Under the pieces are notes generated by a model, which did no database searches, was not told where the DNA came from, and was given only the letters and a program-made list of their open reading frames with translations. Shown piece after piece: positions 11,724 to 26,300 of a stretch of DNA of 64,000 nt. Origin of the DNA: Lytechinus pictus. Taxonomy: Eukaryota. How positions within the stretch are numbered: position 1 is the first letter of the stretch; every line of letters starts with the position of its first letter. Position numbers and translations under genes: made by a program. The stretch covers positions 6,140,001 through 6,204,000 of the forward strand of contig NC_087246.1 in NCBI RefSeq assembly GCF_037042905.1, in the 5' to 3' direction.

Positions 11724-14700
11724 CTACTGATCAAAATTGTTTGTATTGACCAGACCTAGCCAGGCGGCTTTTCTAGAGAGTAAAAATCATTTACTAACGT
11801 AAGGACACTCTTACGAAGCCAGGGCTTCCTTCATATACTTTTGCGTGTACCACCAAAAAACCTGAAACTTTCGCCCCCGAGATTTCTACTTTCTTTCTAA
11901 AAGATCTAGCCCTAAATCATGTACATGGGTTGACCAAAAGCTTCGGTCTCTGTTATGTTGGTTGTTCAGCTGAACTTCGTTGGCTTCACTCACCAAATAC
12001 AGAGACCGAAGTTCTAGCGCGATCTGTACAGGGGACTCAATGGCCATATGTTTATGTGTATTAAGTTCGGATAAAACAGGGCAGTGAAGTTGCACGATAG
12101 TTAGCCGTCTGTGTATGAGGAGAAATTCAAAAAATAAAAAAATGTTTAAAAACTCCTCGAAACAGACGGCTGCCAGCTGTCTAGTACATGGGATACAACT
12201 TCATTTTCTACGCTATGGATTTTATTTTTAGACAAGAATTCATTTTTAAAAAATGAGAAAAATATCATGAATAGACGGAAGAGACTTGCCCGATGTTTAC
12301 GCCGCCATCTTGTTTTCTATTGTTCTTCACCCACGATATGGACGCTTGCGTCGCGTAACGTTGGCTGCTGATGATCTCAGCACTAACCTTCGCAGTTCAA
12401 AGCACAATCCTATAAAGTCTGAACATGCCTTGGGTTCAAACCCATCCTGGTAAAATTCTCTGATGGAATTAGCCTTATAAGTTCAAGGTTTCTTTTTTAA
12501 ATTCCTCTTTTTAACTTTTTACATATTTCTTGTTCTGAAGTGCCATTGGACATGTGTTGGAGAGCAATAGTTCATGTAATGATCAGAATAGAAGAACTGC
12601 CAATAACCCTTTACTTTTATGTTTTCTCTGAAAAAAAAATTCTTTTGGATTTTGACATAAAGATACAAGAACATTGTTAACTATCAATAAAGACAAATTT
12701 TACAGGGAAAATTTTGTAAGTCCACTTATAAAAGTAGGATAGTGGTCTAAATGTTAACCGCTTATAAGCTACATGTACATCTTTGGTTTTGCAAGATTAA
12801 CCTGATTTTATTGACTTGCTTTTAATTGCTCTGAGTAGATTTGAAGAATTTATTCAGGTTTTGATGATATAAAGTTGATGAAATCTTTTTCTTTTGAGTC
12901 AAAAAATAAAACTGCCACAACAAAAAAGATTGTTGATCATTAGTACATGTTGAAAGTGACTTAAATCAACGATTTGAAAACAAATCATAGTGATTTTAAT
13001 CATGACTTAAATCACAATTTTAATCAATGTGATTTAAATTTGCATTATATAATAATATACTGTTCTCTTTCCGTTCTACACAATGATGAATTCCCCATAC
13101 AGCCATCATGGTTTATTTCAATTGGTCTAATGCCAATTCAACCAATTACCAACTCTTGTACTCTCATTTGGTCTACCTCCAGTTCGTCCACTATCCACAT
13201 GGTCTAATTTCCATTTACTCCACTCACCATTTTCATCTACAATGTAACCAGGTGGTCCAATAGCCATTTAGTCCATATACCATTTGGTCTAATATGACTT
13301 AAGTGTTATTTAGGCGAAATTAATGAAAAGAAAACGGGAATTAGACCAACTGGTTATGAGACGAAATGGTCATAGACGAACTGGTGATCAGATCATCAGA
13401 CAAAGTGATTATTGGACCAAATGGTTTTTGGACCAAATGGCTGTAAGACGAAATGTTGATAGAATGGCATTAGACTTTAATGAAGGTAGACCATGTGATG
13501 AGGAGGACGAGTTTTAATAAGCATCTGTGAGCCGGGGGCAATTTTTTTTAAATTGCCTCCGCCTCACGGGCTTTTTACAGGAACCGTGAGCAATTTAAAA
13601 AATATATATATAACGGTGAACCACACTGCAAATTTGTTTATAGTAAGCGCAGCTCCTCCAATTTTTTAATTAGTACATGAATAGCATGCTAAGTATTAGG
13701 CTTATTCAAACATTTAAGAAATCAGATTTAAATGTTTAAGTGTGTTTTGACACCCTCACTCCACATTCCCTTTACAACCACACACACATGGGCTTATGTA
13801 TTTTTCATCTTTAATGAACCACGACCAATGAACCCCCCCCAAAAAAAAAAAATCTAAATAAATGAATAAAATAAAAATATAAAAAAGAGAGAGAGATGGA
13901 GAAAGAGAGAATTCAGATCAAATTATAATAAATTTAGAAAAAAATAATAATTTAAAGGTTTTTTTTCATGGTTAGAATCACGGGTGTGGGCGAGTGTTTG
14001 TGTGTGATTGTGACTGTGAGGTGCACTTGGATTGCATATAAATTATGTTAAAGAAATGAAGAAATGAAATCAATATCTAACTCAGTCTATTCAAATTCCA
14101 GCACATAAATGTAGCCACAGGCTATGTACATGTATTGTAAGTTTTTCACAAGTTATTTGAAAACGCAGATCTGCACAGAAAATGCCCTTCATTCTGGGAG
14201 AGTCTAAATTCGGTGAAAATGTATTCATTAATAACTTAAATATTCATCACAATGAAGAAATCATAATAAAGTTTTCTGACAGTTTTCAAAAATTAACATG
14301 AAATCTAAACTATCTGAAACAGAAAATCACCATCACTTAGGCCATTACTGATAGAATTCTCACCCAGAGCACTGGCAGAGAACATGAGCTCAAACTGGCT
14401 AGTTTACACCACACTTAAGTTTACGGCATCCTCCTATTTTTTTTTAGATGGAGCCTTGTTTGATGATTTATTGTCTGATATTTACCCCTCTCCAAAAAAG
14501 AAATTAAAAAGCTACAATTCACAACTATAAGCTAAGTGATTTTGGATTATTAAGGCTCCGTTTTGACAAGCAAAGTCGGCGAATGTGAGGATAAAAGACT
14601 CGCACATCGTATGTGCTGTGAACAGGGATTTATCTCCTGTGCAATTCGAATGACTATATCGCAGAATTGTGATATCCCAACTGGAAATGTGTGCATTAGA

Positions 14701-16043
14701 AATTGCACATGGTGAAGTATGGAAAAACCGCTACCGGAAGCACGCGCGCACATGTATTACAGAAAAAAAAAAGACGGACGTAGCTCACTTTTTATGGTAC
14801 AGAAAAAAAGACACACTTGGCAATTTTAGCCTGTGTTTATCGTAAATTGAAAGTTACTTGATTTTGGCTTTTTAGATATTTAAATTACATGAATGATATG
14901 GCTTCACTGCTCACTCACGGAGGGCGCAATTCCTGGAAAATATTTGCGCCTGGTCGTCAAAATTTTGATGATTTTGGGGCTTTATGGGCGCAATTGATGG
15001 CTTTATGAGCGCGAATTTGCGCTCAGCGCCCAATTATTTCAAGGCTTGATCAGCAGTTTACCACCATCGCAGTAAATGGAATCCCTGGCCGCTGATTGCT
15101 CAACCCTCTGCTTCCTTGCATGCCCGGCACTGTGTGCGAGAACCTTGAGTCCCATAGTTTGGGACCGTTGATATAAGACTTGTGCAAATTATGTTGAAAA
15201 TAAGTATTGATTTGAAAAAATGATCTTGCCATGCATCTATTAAATGTGCTCAAAACAGAAATTAGTTCACTCGTATTCTAGGGTTCTATCATCAGTCTCA
15301 AAATAAGTGATTTAAAGCCTGTACCTACATTACTATTTCTTGGCAATGAATTTATTATGAGTGAAGAAATAAGTGAAGGTTTTAAATCTTTAAAGTGATA
15401 AAAAAAATTGTCTCTGGAAAAATGCAATCCCAACCCAGTTTTATCGCTGACCTGGAGAAAAAAAATGGCATTTGGCCATGTCAAGTGTAGCCATTGATAG
15501 ACTGGCAATATCATCAAATGTAAAGAATTGCTATATATAATTGTATTTAAAAATACCTTTTCCAGCAATTCCATGGTATGATCCTTGTAACTAAGCAATG
15601 AATAACACTTTCAAGACAAATGTCAAGGTTTTGAAAAAATGCCTAATTATTTTGAAAAAAGAAAACTTTTCTAAGTGAAACTCTGGATGTAAAGTAATTT
15701 TCAGCGTAAAAGATTTACAATTATGGCAGAATTTTCATAATCGTAGGTTTTTATGAAATTGGACCCAATTCTACTGTACACAGCCCATATAATGATGATG
15801 GGGTGGGGGAGTCCATTTTGTTACAAACAGCAATGATGAAGGCATTATTTACCATTCTCAGTCCACCTTCCCCACCCAGTCACTTGGTGAATATACATTG
15901 CGTCTTTATTAATGAGTGATATTAATCCGTTGTGCCTTATTTCTTCACTGAATTTCTTTCTTCTGTTTGTAGAGGACCCTGTACTGTGCTGCTGATAACT
16001 GCTGCTTGCCTTTGGGCTTGAAGACAGGCTAGGCTTCAGCAAG

Positions 16044-16074
16044 ATGCAACAACCAGGAGAAATGCCCCTTAGAG
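16044..16074 (+). CDS. ERCC6L: ERCC6L coding exon 1 ([10 protein letters not shown]); exon starts at 15973
   Basis: Acceptor at 15971-15972, ATG in context aagATGc, phase-1 donor g|gtgata that matches the next exon. Confidence 0.6.
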
Positions 16075-19000
16075 GTGATATTGCAAAATCATAAATTATG
16101 AACTATGTAGGGACTAGGGAAGATGGGAAAAGGGTCAAATTTCATGTTTTATATGTTGGAGTTTGCAAAATCTGGAATATATGTTAAGAAAAAAAGTTAC
16201 TCTCTTTCTGGAGGAGTACAATATTTCATAACAAAAACACTGAGATTGTATGTTCTCTGAATGACTCACTGACATAAAAGAAATATATAGTATGAAATAT
16301 GAATAATGATGTAAATCAGTATTTGTTATTCCAACTTGATATTCTTGTGGTTGCTTCATAAAGCTGTTTGTAAGTTGAGAACAACTTTAAGAATGACTGG
16401 TGATCCTTTTGGTAAATATATAATATTCACCATTAAATGTTCATTGGTGATTATTTAGCATAGGTTCACCAGTCGTTCTCAAAGTCACTAATTAACTTAA
16501 AGGACAAGTCCACCCCAACAAAAAGTTGATTTGAATAAAAAGAGAAAAATCCAACAAGCATAAAACTGAAAATTTCATCAAAATCAGATGTAAAATAAGA
16601 AAGTTATGACATTTTAAAATTTCGCTTTATTTCACAAAACATTTATATGCACATCCTGGCTGGTATGCAAATGAGGAGACTATGACGTCATCCGCTCACT
16701 ATTTCTTTTGTATTTTATTATATGAATTATGAAATATTCTAATTTTCTCCTCATTGTCAAGTGATACAATGATTAAGTCCTCCCTGAACATGTGGAATTA
16801 GCATTGTTTAATACTTTATGGTTCAGTCAAGTTGGTCCTTATTGTCAAATCTATAAAAAATGAAATATCGTATAATTCAAACAATAAAAAACAAAAGAAA
16901 TTAGTGAGTGATGGACATTATCGACTGACTCACCTAGTTGTGCATATCACTGTTTTGTGAAATATAAGCGAAACTTTAAAATGTCATTAACTTTCTTATT
17001 TTACATCGGATTTTGATGAAATTTTCAGCACTATGCTAGTTTGATTTTTCTCTATTAATTCGAGTCAGCATTTTCCTGGGGTGGACTTGACCTTTAAACA
17101 GTTTTATGAAGTGGCCCCTGATATGGACAGGAAAATAATCATTTGATAGAAACAGTTTACAAGTTTTCAATACTTTTTTGTTTACTATAACTCAGTCTCT
17201 AAATTTGATTTTGAATACATTTATCAATCATGTGGTAAATTGATAGTGTTCATATTCTCAGCGTATTTATTATGTGTATTATTTTTTCAGAGTTTTGATC
17301 ATGATTGAAAAAAAATTCAATTACATGTAGACCCATCCAGCTCTATTTATGTTCTCATGCAAATGCCAGATTGATGAATCTTAAGCAACCAAATTCACCC
17401 TTATGACATACTTATATAAGAGTACTTTTTGACTAACATCAGTATTCATTGTTAAAAGTTTTGAACCTGTATTCTATTTTTCTTTTGTTAATTTGCTCTG
17501 AAGCGCCTTGAACATCTAATTAAGATGGAAAGTGCACCATAAATCTTGTGTATTATTAATGTTTTTCAACCATTAATCATGCAGAAATACAGCATGGAAA
17601 CATTGGTATGGGACCAGGTAGTGAGGCTGACCTAGCCAAGGTGGCTGCTTTGATGAAAAAGGCAAAGAGTGCTGTTGAAGAGGGCCACCCAAGAGCAGCT
17701 TTGGAAATATTACAGAAGGCAGCTGAGATACAGAAGACCGAGAAAATTCTCAAGAGAATATTTAAATTAGAGGTATAGTTTTGGCAATTCTTTTTTCCAG
17801 CCTAATCAAGAGTTTTGCATTAGATTAAAAAAAATCCTCTGCAAATATCCTTGTAATAACAGTAAGCATTGCAATGTGCTATTTATTCACAAATACAGAA
17901 TTGATCGAATAGAATCTTGAGGGGGAAATTGACCTTTCTCCTTGATATTGGGCTTCACTTTCTTTTTTTGTTGGGGGAATGAATCGCAAAACAGACTAGA
18001 CCAAGTGACAAGTCGCTCTTAACATATTAATACATAGGCCTACCCTATGATGAAAACTTGTACATAGGACTTCATAGGTCACTTTCATTGTTCTTGTTCT
18101 TGTTTAAATGTAATTTGGACTTCTGCTGTAGGCATATCTTGCTGAGAATGGATCTGAGGATGAAGATGAAGAAGATGACAACATGGCTCATGTTGGCAAG
18201 GGATTCTATATCTACAAAGATCTCTATAAGAGATTGTATGAATATCAGAAGGAATCACTTCTTTGGTTTTGGCGTCTCCATCGGAAGCAGAAAGGAGGCA
18301 TTCTTGGAGATGACATGGGGTGAGTAAGATCATGGATCTATCTTGGAAGTGTTTATCTTCAAGTGGCGAGTGTTTCCTGAAGGATTAGTATGTCACCTTC
18401 ATTGGAAACTTACAAGGTTTTGTAATCCTTGTATTTTATTGATAGAGCAGTAGGTTTAGAGTAAATAATGATTAATTTGTCTAGAGTTTTTAACATTATG
18501 CCAATTCAGTCTACTGTAAATGTACATTCTGATTGAATCATTTCAACTTCAATGATTAGTGTCCTCCTCCATCACTTGTCAGAGGAATAAATTTGGTGAT
18601 GATTAAATGAAATTACACCAATACTGCCTGAAGGAAAGCAGAGTTCAAAGAAAACATCCAAATATGATTTATCAGTATTTTGCATCAAATTCTCTCAGCA
18701 GGCAAATAATAAATCATCTCATGGATCTGTTTTGTTTCAGACTTGGTAAGACTGTGCAAGTAGTTGCCTTTCTAAGTGGTCTCTTTGACATGGAGCAGGT
18801 TGAAAATGTGCTCATTGTTGTACCTGTAGCCCTCATCATCAACTGGGAAAGAGAATTCAAGAATTGGTAAGAATATTCTAAAGATGATTACAAATTACCC
18901 TTTTTCAGACAGAAGTGAAAGGAAATGGCTTCTGTCATCAAATAAAATGGAAAGAGGGTGGTGTCAAAAGAAGCATTTTGACTATTTCATTCCTACCAAA

Positions 19001-22000
19001 TGATTTCTCAAAAATAGTATTTGAGGGAACAAAATGATTTCGCTTTTTTGTGGAGAGAAACTTTAAAAAGTGGTAACAAATCACTTCCAACAATATGGTT
19101 GCACAATTCATCTTACAAATTTATGACATCACTGCAGTTTTAGGATGTTTCAGTGCATTATTCTCATGTGAATAATTTCATTTGTGCTTGCAGGGCTCCA
19201 GGCATAGGAGTTCATACATTCCATGGTGCTAGCAAGAAAGAAAGGGAACGCTTACTAGAGAGAGTACAGAGGAGAGGTGGTGTTTTGATGGTTAGCTATG
19301 GACTGGTTGTAACGTGCTGGGAACAGATTAATCATTATCGATGCAATGATTTTGTCTGGGTAAGTTGAGGCTAGTAGGAGAGAGTAATGGAGATGGAATA
19401 ACTAACTTCATATTTCTACAGAGAATCCAAATTTCAGCTCATTCTGGTGGATACATTAAGAGGATCGCTCGCTCATATTTTTCTTTCAAACAATGGCAGC
19501 ATATTCATATATAGGCCTAAGTACTGGCTATTTTGTCTTCCACCTTTTGAGGTAGAGAGTGGTATTATAGGAATGTCGCAAATCAGCCAGCATGACTTGA
19601 GACTGAATTTGGATAAACACAAAAAATCTTGCTAATGCTGGTTGATTCAAAAGATTCCTTTATAATATGCTCCAGGAGACAGAAAGATCTATGGAGGGGG
19701 GTTATCAAAATTGATAATGCTGGTGCTAATGAAGAAAATGTTACTGATAAAATGATGATATTGATGATGATGATGGTGAGTGATGCTGCTGCAGACAATG
19801 CTGTTAATGATATGATTATGACAATGGTGGTGAAGATGACAGTAGTTATAACGATTGTGAATTTGTGATGATGTTGACAGTAAATCTGATGATAACTCAT
19901 TATGATTATGAAGATGGTGATGATTAGATGATCAGAGAGGATGATTATAATGTAAATAATGAAAGTTTTATGATTTTCCCCTCAGGATTATGTAATCCTT
20001 GATGAAGGTCATAAGATCAAGAACCCTACAAAGACTACCAAAGCTGTAAATGCCATTGCAGCTAAGCACCGTTTCATCTTGTCTGGTACACCCATACAAA
20101 ACAATCTCAAAGTAAGTCCCCTGCTCTTCAGTACATTCAAGTTACCGGGTCAAAGGTCATTTCAGATCAATTAACTTGGATTAGAATTTATATTTTCATT
20201 ATTTTGAAAATATGTGATAAAATTGAATGAAACTTAATTGGTATTGTTGCATGATATCACAAATAATAGTATTATTAACAAATTTTTCCAGTCAGGGTCA
20301 AAGGTCATTTAGGTTACCAATCTTAGCATTTTATCATGAAATTAATGCTTTTGTTTTTTATCCCTTTGTGAATAAAATCTTAGTTTTATCCAAAGCCAAC
20401 AGTGCTTTTATATTTAAGCACTCTAATGCAGGCGAGACTACCATATGAGTTTCACTTGTTATTTGTTTTCTGTTAATATGATAATGCATTGTACTTACAG
20501 ATAAATTTTAACTTTGGCATTTTGTCAATAAAATATATAAAAGATTTAGATAAGTATGCTTTGATAATTTTATAGCACTTTCATATTAAGCAATTACATG
20601 TACAACCATCATACAACCAACATACAAGAAAGAGTACATTCTATGCTGATACAAATTACAAAGACAAATGAAAAAAAATAGAATGTTTAATCTGCATATG
20701 TACATGAAAATTATCATAAAATAAGCACTTCTTATGTTGTAAATACATCATGAAAAATTTAGGTGGAGCTGAAAGTCCCTCCCTATTTCCAGGATTAAGC
20801 CAACAGTATCACAAATTGACCCAAAACGAGTCTGTAGTCACTGGTATGGAATTGTGCATTTTTCAGTTGTAGGAACACTGGTGGAAACAATCATTGTGAG
20901 CTATGGCATTCTTTCCATAATTTTCCACTGAAAAGTGTTGCTCATCAAATGCCCTCACATTAGAAATATATCTAATAACAGCTAAAACTGTTGGGCTAAC
21001 AATTTGGTGTAGTCCTATACATGCATATCTCTGTGCAGTCTATTACAGTTGATACGTACCTTTATTTTATTGTGATCTACATGTACCATCAAATGACATT
21101 AAAACAGCTAATGGCATTATATATTTAATAATATTGACTACGGTATCTGTATAAACTCTTTAAATCCCTTTCCAGGAGCTTTGGTCTCTCTTCAACTTTG
21201 TGACACATGGGACTTTGCTGGGTACACTGCAGACCTTCAAATCAGAGTATGATAGTCCTATCACAAGGGTGAGACCAACATGCTGTACTTAGAATGATCA
21301 GTTTCCAATTTGGTTTGAGATTTGGCAACCTATCGATAATGAAGGAAACACAGAAAACTTCTCCTTTTGTGTCCTCTTGCAATTTTGCTAGTTATGTTAA
21401 AAGGAAAGTTAGATTGTAGATATATGTATATTGGACATGTTCAAACATTTTTTTTTATTTTATTTTTTTCATTTTTAGGATTTTTAGGATATTTTTAATA
21501 GGGCCTATTTTATCGGGATCTCTCTATTATCCGGACGCACACTTGCCGAGATTTTATTCATTTTTTTCAATCTAGTACGTGGGGGAAATGAGATTTCAAT
21601 CTCAACTCAAAATTCCTACGCAAACACACTTTGATTACATACATTTTCCAATACCTACACCCACATTATAATTTATGAAAATACCTTACCCAAATCACCA
21701 AAGGACCTTAGACAGGATTATTTTCCAGTCATAAAAGTCATAACAATGGCCGTCTTTGCGAAGTTGCGATGCTCGCCGCGATGATCCAATTTTAAAACTT
21801 ATATTCATCGAGTCATTCTCTTTCTTTCGAGTCATGCTCGATATATACCTCAATCATTTCAGCAGGTAAATTATCCAAGAGTTTTGGCCACCAATCAGTT
21901 TCATTTCCGTAAAGAACGTCTATAATTTGTACTGGCACTGCAGTGAATGTGTAGGCCCACTACAATAGATTATGTGAAGCTACCATGCATAGAGGAGGCA

Positions 22001-23274
22001 GCTGCGTGTATTTAATATTGGGTCTCCCAGATCCAGATAAATCCCTTATCCGGATAGGTGCTGGTCCCAACGTGTCCGGAAGAGAGAGGTTGGACTGTAG
22101 TTTGAAACGCATTATTCAAATCCTGTTACTTGGATTTAAATGATTTAGAGTGTTTGTTATTCATATTAAACGGAATCCTTTGATATAGAAAACATAGTAT
22201 TACACTTGAACTTTAATATCTTTCATAGGCAAGAGAAAAAGATGCCACTGCAAGTGAGAAGCTCCTTGGCAATGAGATGGCAGAGAGCCTTCGCCTCCTT
22301 ATAGCACCATACTTCTTAAGACGGACCAAGGCAGATGTATTAGAGAACAAGAAGGAGAGTAATCAGGATGATTTAGATAGTGAGGCCAGTGGATCTACAC
22401 GGGGATCCCTATCACCTGAGTTAGTATTGGGGGGTATACGGAGGAAAGAATTTTAATGATAATAATGATAAAAAGAATAAATATCCACTGTTATTTGCCA
22501 TAGAACCCTTGCTTTACTATATTGTTACGCTTTTGACACAAATTTAATTTTGGAAAAAAACAGAAGTAGAAATAAAAATTCCAGTACAGAAATTGTTTAT
22601 ATTTTCCTTGATTGTATCAGAATTGTTCTTTCTATTGACCATTTGAACATTTGAAATAATTTCAATCGAAACTCTCAGCATCATCAGCATGTGTCATTTT
22701 TTCTAATGATATTATATTACTACTAATATTTCCAATCATCTTTTCCTTATTATTGAGTAGAAGGAGTATATTTAGTGTTTTTTAATCCATTGACTGTGAG
22801 AAACCAGGTGATTAATGTGTAAAAACCTATTTGAATAAATGAGTCAGTAGTCATTGATCTAATAACCGAACAACATCTTAATCACCATTCCCATTAGATG
22901 ATTAGATGTAACATTATTAGATATTTGTATGATTTTAACTTTATATTCATTTTTCTTTTTGTATCCATACAGTAATGTTATTCCCTCCCTGACAAGAAAG
23001 AATGATCTGATCGTTTGGTTATCATTGACCGATACCCAGATTAATATCTACAAGGATTTCATTAGTCTAGACAGGGTCAAAGAAGTATGTTTTTGAATAT
23101 TTTTTTTTTAATTGTCTTTCCAACTATTTGTTACCTGTTTCAGAATGCTACCAATGCATGTGATATTCATTTGATATGATGGTGGTAGTGATGATGAGGA
23201 CGGAGGAGAGAAAGAGAAGGATGGTGATGATAATGATGGTAGTGGTGTTGGTGATGGTGGTGGTGATGATTATC

Positions 23275-23305
<31 letters not shown>

Positions 23306-26300
23306 GTTCATGATGATTTGTTCATGATGTTCAGAATGATGTTGGTGATGATGATATGATAATGATGATGTTGGTGATGATGATGGTGGTGGTGGTGGTA
23401 AAGAAGATGATTATGGTGATGCTGGTGGTGAAAAGGATGTTGAAGATGATGATGATGGTGGCGGTGAAGAATATTATGATTATGATGATGGTCATGGTGG
23501 TGGTGAAAAGATGTTGATGGTGGTGGTGATGGTAATGATGATGATTTGTTAATGATGTTGGTGATGATGGTTTTGTTAATGATATAGATGATGTTGATGG
23601 TGGTATTTATAATTGATGATGAGAAGGAAGAGGCCAAAATAAATACTGGTCTTTTTAAATGAGTTCATTTCAAGGAAAGAGATTCAAATAAATTTGTTAT
23701 TTTATTCATTTCTGTTCCTAGTTGCTGATGACCAAGCGATCACCTTTAGCTGAGCTTACGATCCTCAAGAAAATCTGTGATCATCCCAGACTGCTGTCAA
23801 ACCGGGCTTGTAGACAACTAGGGCTAAAGATGTTTGATGAAGGGTAAGATATTCTGGAAAAAGAGCCGGAGTGCAAAGGAGAACAATACATAGTTCATTT
23901 GGCAGTTGAAATTCATGGGTCATATAACAAGACAAAGACAATATTGCTTTTGACAGAGGTACTTTGATGGAAGAAGATGGGTACTTTTCTACATTATTTT
24001 CAGTGAATTCTTTTCTTTTGTATTGATGTATTTTGATCATATGTGCTATTTCGATCTAAAATTATGAGAATAATGAGTGCGGTAAACTCCAGTTTCTTGT
24101 CAAATTACTCACCAATCTCACTCTATTTGACCCACTAGGTATGATGAGAATGATGATCCTGATGAAATGGAGTGTGCTGCGAACAGTATCCATGCTATCA
24201 GTGAAGAAACACTATTCTTAGCTTCTTAGAGTGTGGTAAACTCCAGTTTCTTGTCAAATTACTCACCAATCTCACTCTATTTGACCCACTAGGTATGATG
24301 AGAATGATGATCCTGATGAAATGGAGTGTGCTGCGAACAGTATCCATGCTATCAGTGAAGAAACGCTCTTCTTAGAGTCTGGTAAACTCCAGTTTCTTGT
24401 CAAATTACTCACCAATCTTAGAGAAGAGGATCACAGATGTCTTGTTTTCAGCCAGTCACGCAAGATGCTTGATATTGTGGAGAAGATCCTCAAAGCAAGG
24501 GTAATTTGGAGCATTTCATGAAAAGTTATGTCAGTGATTTTCACAGACAAATTTTACAATCTTTTAAAAATCATTAATTGGTTGAGAGCAAATTAGTGTG
24601 TTAAGGGGAGGTTCACCCTGACAAAAAGTTTATTGTAAAAATAGAAATAAAAAAAATATATTGCCAAAGGTTTGAGAAAAATTCATCAAAGAATAGAAAA
24701 GTTATTAGAATTTTAAAAATTTGACTTGTGACGTCATATGCGAGCAGTTTTCCTACATATCGTATGGTAAAAATATCATTGAAATGTCATTTCCTCAGAA
24801 AATTGAAATAGGGTTTTTGCTTTACCTTCAGTATAACAAAAGACAAATCATTTCACCCCTGTTCCTCAAAAGAAAATAAAAATAACGAACCATTACAAAA
24901 TTGAAATTTATGTATTGTATATTACATTACATATTGGGCAGCTGCTCGTTTATGACATCACAAATCCAAAACTTAAAATTCTAATAACTTAATCTTTAAT
25001 GGATTTTCCTCAAACATTCGCCAACATTTTTTATTATTTTTTCTGCTATTTTTACAACAAACCTTTCTTCAGGATGTACTTCCCCTTTAACCCTAAATCT
25101 CCCGGGGAATTTTGATTCTTGTCATTTCCGGGGGGGGGGGGGGGCCATTATGGCCCCCCCTTAAGATCTCAGCCGCGGATTGCGCGATCACAACGAAAAT
25201 TTGCATGATGGTAGAGAATGACATAATCTACGCAGTTGCATTGGTAAATTTCACTGAATTCATATTTTTTTTATTTTATATGAATTAAGTATGCTAATTT
25301 ATTCATGAAATCATACTTTATGCTCTGATTCACTAAATAAAGCTCCTAGAATGCTATTTTTTGGTGAAAATATTCTTTATAGCATTCCTAACAATTGTGA
25401 ATGAAAAAAATTCTGGTAGAAAGACCAATTTCTTATGTATTTTATTGTTTTTTTAATTTCTTATGTATTTCTTAGTTTTTTTACTTTTTGTTTTTTATTG
25501 TTTTTTCGATGGAAATCGTTCCAGACTTAATTCTGATCATAAACAAGGAAAATCAATTAGGTTTAATCAGCAAAAGTAGAAATAATGATACATTTATGAA
25601 TTTTGGCTAAATACACAATTTGCATGGGATTTGTACATGAAATCACGTTTATGAGCAATTTTGGGTCTGACATGCACTTACATAATGTTGCGTAATGTCG
25701 TAACCGCGTACCCGGGCGTCACAAATTTGGTCTCAAAATTTGCGCCAGACTTGAAAATAAAAAGTCAGTGAGCGGCGAGGTCAAAAAATTTTGCGCAGCA
25801 GGTATATCGCGAAAATTGTCGAGGGGGGGGGGGGCCATTATGGCCCCCCCCCCCCGGGAGAATTAGAGTTAAACTCACCAACATAATTCTTTAATGGTCT
25901 TATTCTAGTTTGTCTAATTGCCATTTTACCCATTTACCATTTAGTCTCATTTCCAGTCAACTTGGTCTAATACAACTTAGTCTATATGGTTAGATGAACT
26001 GGTTATGAACCAAATTTTCATTTGAAAAGTAGAAATTAGACCAACTAGACATTAGAGAATTAAACTAAACTGAGTATTAGACCAAGCTATCGAAGACCTA
26101 ACAGCAATTAGACTAATTTTATTGTAGACCAAATGGCCAGTATTCTCAAAAGAGTTTTTAATTGTACCATGGTACAAAACCATGGACCATGCAGAGTTTT
26201 GTACATAATCTCACCTATTTCATTTCAAGAAAAATCCACTTGAATGGGCACTAAAAAGAAAGCACTTAATATGAGAAATCTGCATAAACTAGGTTTTGTA

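Noticed and set aside
12301..12312. YY1-like motif GCCGCCATCTTG
   Set aside because: A single motif 1.4 kb into the putative intron 1, next to probable repeat sequence, with no independent support.
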